From: Burkholderiaceae bacterium
GTDB lineage: Bacteria; Pseudomonadota; Gammaproteobacteria; Burkholderiales; Burkholderiaceae_C
Length of the DNA stretch: 64,000 bases
Direction: 5' to 3'
NCBI GenBank assembly: GCA_022072045.1
Contig: JAJVIL010000010.1
Location: forward strand, 1,617-65,616
Program-made: the position numbers and the translations under genes
Shown here: positions 61,190 to 64,000 of the stretch, piece by piece
Layout of the letters: each line of letters opens with the position of its first letter
Numbering within the stretch: position 1 is the first letter of the stretch
Notes under the pieces: model-generated
The model's input: only the letters and a program-made list of their open reading frames with translations
Told to the model about the DNA's origin: nothing
The model's database searches: none

Positions 61190-62095
61190 CTAGCCGGCCA
61201 CCGCTGCGTGCCGCAGACGCTGCTGCAGCGCCAGCAGCTCGTTGCCCACCAGCGCCGCCAGCACCAGCGTGCCGCCCGTGAGCGTCGCGCGTGCCGGCAC
61301 CTCGTCGGCGCCGAGCCAGGCCCAGGTCACACCGAAGATCACCTCGAGCAGCGCCAGCAGTGCGATCTCCGGGCCCGGCAGCACGCGCGTCAACCACACC
61401 ACCAGCAGGCATGGGATCGCCAGTTGCACCACCCCCAGCAGCGCGAGCAGCCCGAGGTCGTGTGCCGAGGCGCGCATCGGCCAGGCCAGCGGCAAGGCGA
61501 CGAAGGTCGAAATGACAGCGCCGATCCACACCGCGCCGAGCATGTCGTGTGCCGGCTCGTCAGGGTCGCCGCTGCCGTGCGCGATGTGCTGCAGCAGCGT
61601 CCAGTTGGCGGCTCCGGCCAGCGGCACCGCGAGCGCCACCGACATGCCGGCCAGTGCACCGCTGATCTGCATCTCGCGACCGAACATCCAGCCGATGCCG
61701 ACGCCGGCCAGCGCGATCGCCGCCCAGGTGCGGCGCGGCAGCCGGTGCTGCAGCAGCACGCGGGCGAACAGCGCCGTGACCAGCGGACCGATCGCCAGCG
61801 TGACCAGCACGTTGGCCACCGTGGTCAGCGTGATCGCCACCATGAAGGCAGTGAACATCACCGCCCAGCAAACGCCCGAGGCCCACAGCGGCCAGCGGCC
61901 TCGCAGCAGCTCGCGCCACGACGATGGGCCGCGCAGCGCCGACAACCCGACGGTCAGCGCCAGCACGGTAAACCCGCTGCGCCAGAAGGTGACTTCGAAA
62001 CTCTCGGCCGCGTGCAGGTGCCGCGTGACCACCCCGGCGATGCTCCACATCAGCGTGACGAGGACCATCAGGAACACCGCGCGCGAATGGGTCAT
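61190..62095 (-). CDS. DMT-superfamily (EamA) transporter
   Basis: Ten hydrophobic segments and the EamA duplication pattern. ATG start. Confidence 0.75.
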   Translation of the reverse strand: MTHSRAVFLMVLVTLMWSIAGVVTRHLHAAESFEVTFWRSGFTVLALTVGLSALRGPSSWRELLRGRWPLWASGVCWAVMFTAFMVAITLTTVANVLVTLAIGPLVTALFARVLLQHRLPRRTWAAIALAGVGIGWMFGREMQISGALAGMSVALAVPLAGAANWTLLQHIAHGSGDPDEPAHDMLGAVWIGAVISTFVALPLAWPMRASAHDLGLLALLGVVQLAIPCLLVVWLTRVLPGPEIALLALLEVIFGVTWAWLGADEVPARATLTGGTLVLAALVGNELLALQQRLRHAAVAG

Positions 62096-62221
62096 GTCCG
62101 GGTTTCAGAGGGCCGCGCAGCGGCCCGGGCGTCTTTCATGCTGGAGCCCTCTCCCGGAAGGGGCGCGGGGGAGCCAACGGAACGGCGAAGCCGAAGGCAT
62201 TCGGTTGCGCAATCGTCGCAG

Positions 62222-64000
62222 TCACGCAGCCTCCCGGGCTGCTCGCTTGCGGTCATGCTCTTTGAGGTGCCTCTTGCGCAGCCGAATGCTCCGAGGCGTG
62301 ATCTCGACCAGCTCGTCGTCGGCGATGAACTCGACCGCCGACTCCAGCGTCAACTCGATCGCTGGCGTGATCTTGATCGCGTCTTCCTTGCCCGAGACTC
62401 GGAAGTTGGTGAGCTGCTTGGTGCGCACCGCGTTGACCACGAGGTCGTTGTCGCGGCTGTGGATGCCGACGATCATGCCCTCGTACACCGGGTCGCCGGC
62501 CTTCACGAACATGCGGCCGCGGTCGTCGAGCTTGCCCAGCGCGTAGGTGACGATCTCGCCGTCTTCCTGGCTGATCAGCACGCCGTTCTTGCGCCCGCCG
62601 ATCTCGCCCTTGAAGGCCTCGTAGCCGTCGAAGATGTGGCTCATCAGCCCGGTGCCGCGCGTGATGTTGAGGAACTCGGTCGAGAAGCCGATCAGTCCGC
62701 GTGCCGGGATGCGGTAGTCCAGGCGCACGCGGCCCCGGCCGTCGCTCTGCATGTCGGCCAGCTCGCCCTTGCGCTGCCCCAGCTCCTGCATCACGGCACC
62801 CTGGTGCTGATCTTCGACATCGACCGTCAGCAGTTCGATCGGCTCGTGCTTGTCGCCATCGACGTCGTGCAGCACCACGCGCGGGCGCGAGACCGCCAGC
62901 TCGTAGCCCTCGCGGCGCATGTTCTCCAGCAGGATCGTCAGGTGCAGTTCGCCGCGGCCCGAGACCTCGAACACGCCGTCCTCGTCGGTGTCCTTGACGC
63001 GCAGCGCCACGTTGCTTTGCAGCTCGCGGTCGAGCCGGTCGCGGATCTGCCGGCTGGTGACGAAACGCCCCTCGCGGCCGGCCAGCGGCGAGGTGTTGAC
63101 GCAGAAGTTCATCGTCAGCGTCGGCTCGTCGACCTGCAGCATCGGCAGCGGCGCCGGCGCTTCGAGGCTGGTGATCGTCATGCCGATGCCGATGTCCTCG
63201 ATGCCGTTGACGAGCACGATGTCGCCGGGCCCTGCGCTGTCGGCTTGCCGCCGCTCGAGGCCCTCGAAGGTCAGCACCTGGTTGACGCGTGCCTTGCGCA
63301 ACGGGCCGTCGACGCCTTCGCAGACCGCGACGTCCATCGCCGGACGGATCGTGCCCTGGTTGATGCGCCCGACGCCGATGCGGCCGACGTAGCTGGAATA
63401 GTCGAGCGAGGCGATCTGTAGCTGCAGCGGCGCCTCTGCGTCGCCCGCGTGCGCCGGCACGTGCTGCAGGATGGCCTCGAACAGCGGCGCCAGGTCGGCC
63501 CCGGTCTCGCCGGCGGCCAGCGTCGCCCAGCCTTCGAGGCCCGACGCGTAGACTACGGGAAAATCGAGCTGAGCTTCGCTGGCGCCGAGCTTGTCGAACA
63601 GGTCGAAGGTGGCGTTGATCACTTCGTCGCAGCGCGCACCCGGGCGATCGACCTTGTTGACGACGACGATCGGCTTGAGCCCGAGCGCGAGCGCCTTGCG
63701 GGTGACGAAGCGCGTCTGCGGCATCGGGCCCTCGACCGCATCGATCAGCAACAGCACACCGTCGACCATCGACAACGCGCGCTCGACCTCGCCGCCGAAA
63801 TCGGCGTGGCCCGGCGTGTCGACGATGTTGATGTGCGCATCGCGCCAGCGCACCGCGCAGTTCTTGGCCAGGATCGTGATGCCGCGCTCTCGCTCGAGGT
63901 CGTTGGAGTCCATCACGCGCTCGGCCACCTGCTGGTTCTGGCGGAAGGTGCCGCTCTGGCGCAGCAACTGATCGACCAGCGTGGTCTTGCCGTGGTCGAC
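62222..64000 (-). CDS. typA: Translational GTPase TypA/BipA (N-terminus outside the window)
   Basis: The frame is open to base 64000, reading ..VDHGKTTLVDQLL.. (G1 region), then DTPGHADFGGEV and NKVDR. The C-terminal BipA-specific domain is present. Confidence 0.95.
   Translation of the reverse strand, partial: VDHGKTTLVDQLLRQSGTFRQNQQVAERVMDSNDLERERGITILAKNCAVRWRDAHINIVDTPGHADFGGEVERALSMVDGVLLLIDAVEGPMPQTRFVTRKALALGLKPIVVVNKVDRPGARCDEVINATFDLFDKLGASEAQLDFPVVYASGLEGWATLAAGETGADLAPLFEAILQHVPAHAGDAEAPLQLQIASLDYSSYVGRIGVGRINQGTIRPAMDVAVCEGVDGPLRKARVNQVLTFEGLERRQADSAGPGDIVLVNGIEDIGIGMTITSLEAPAPLPMLQVDEPTLTMNFCVNTSPLAGREGRFVTSRQIRDRLDRELQSNVALRVKDTDEDGVFEVSGRGELHLTILLENMRREGYELAVSRPRVVLHDVDGDKHEPIELLTVDVEDQHQGAVMQELGQRKGELADMQSDGRGRVRLDYRIPARGLIGFSTEFLNITRGTGLMSHIFDGYEAFKGEIGGRKNGVLISQEDGEIVTYALGKLDDRGRMFVKAGDPVYEGMIVGIHSRDNDLVVNAVRTKQLTNFRVSGKEDAIKITPAIELTLESAVEFIADDELVEITPRSIRLRKRHLKEHDRKRAAREAA

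Noticed and set aside
62096-62221. A possible small gene or REP element between typA and the EamA transporter (GGGCCGC-GCA-GCGGCCC hairpin at 62112-62128, and a CCCTCTCCCGGAAGGGGCGCGGGGGAG tract).
   Set aside because: There is no ORF with an RBS. The hairpin is most simply the typA terminator. I cannot establish the repeat nature without the rest of the genome.
60284-63421. A very long ORF (1045 aa, + strand), and similar long ORFs such as 2102..3925(-), 15174..15941(-), 39777..41630(-), 25626..25878-type and 34394..35365(-).
   Set aside because: All are antisense to, or out of frame with, genes that carry clear family motifs (GT9, EamA, typA, prpE, clpB, mltG, ligB-like). Their translations are Arg/Ala/Gly/Pro/His-rich with no motifs. 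This is the expected open-frame artefact of very GC-rich DNA.

Overview
This 64 kb window is visibly high in G+C (not computed) and densely coding. Gene content and order (a Bug/TctC-family binding protein, tmk-holB-pilZ-tatD, split hldA/hldC) suggest chromosomal DNA of a Burkholderiales-type betaproteobacterium; that assignment is inference. I support about 65 CDS, one tRNA-Pro(UGG), and a few terminators and promoter-like sites. I saw no rRNA, CRISPR array, transposase, integrase or phage genes.

Most genes are housekeeping:
- rnhA
- Moco biosynthesis moaA and moeA-moaD-moaE
- alaA-hom-thrC
- clpB
- nadB/nadC/nadA
- tmk-holB-pilZ-tatD
- mltG, ygfZ, aceA, dusA
- yjcH-actP
- a complete ADP-heptose pathway
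- typA

One co-directional catabolic block (25.4-36.1 kb) encodes the protocatechuate 4,5-cleavage pathway (ligJ-ligK-x-ligI-ligA-ligB-ligC). It also carries a Bug binding protein, a LysR regulator, a second LigAB-like dioxygenase pair and a nitroreductase.

I found no clear-cut new defence or mobile system. The best candidates for undescribed biology are:
1. Two diverged paralogous two-domain proteins of unknown function that bracket the nadB/nadC/nadA genes.
2. A translationally coupled nucleotidyltransferase (cNMP-binding, CBS and DUF294-type domains) plus DEDDh exonuclease pair, divergent from an MFS-yjcH-actP acetate-uptake operon.
3. Two uncharacterised genes embedded in the lig operon, in a window that lacks a LigU/GalD-type isomerase.
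4. The extra LigAB-like pair with its nitroreductase.

All family assignments rest on motif and sequence recognition by eye. No database search was run. The many long Arg/Ala/Pro-rich ORFs antisense to, or extending, real genes are treated as high-GC artefacts.
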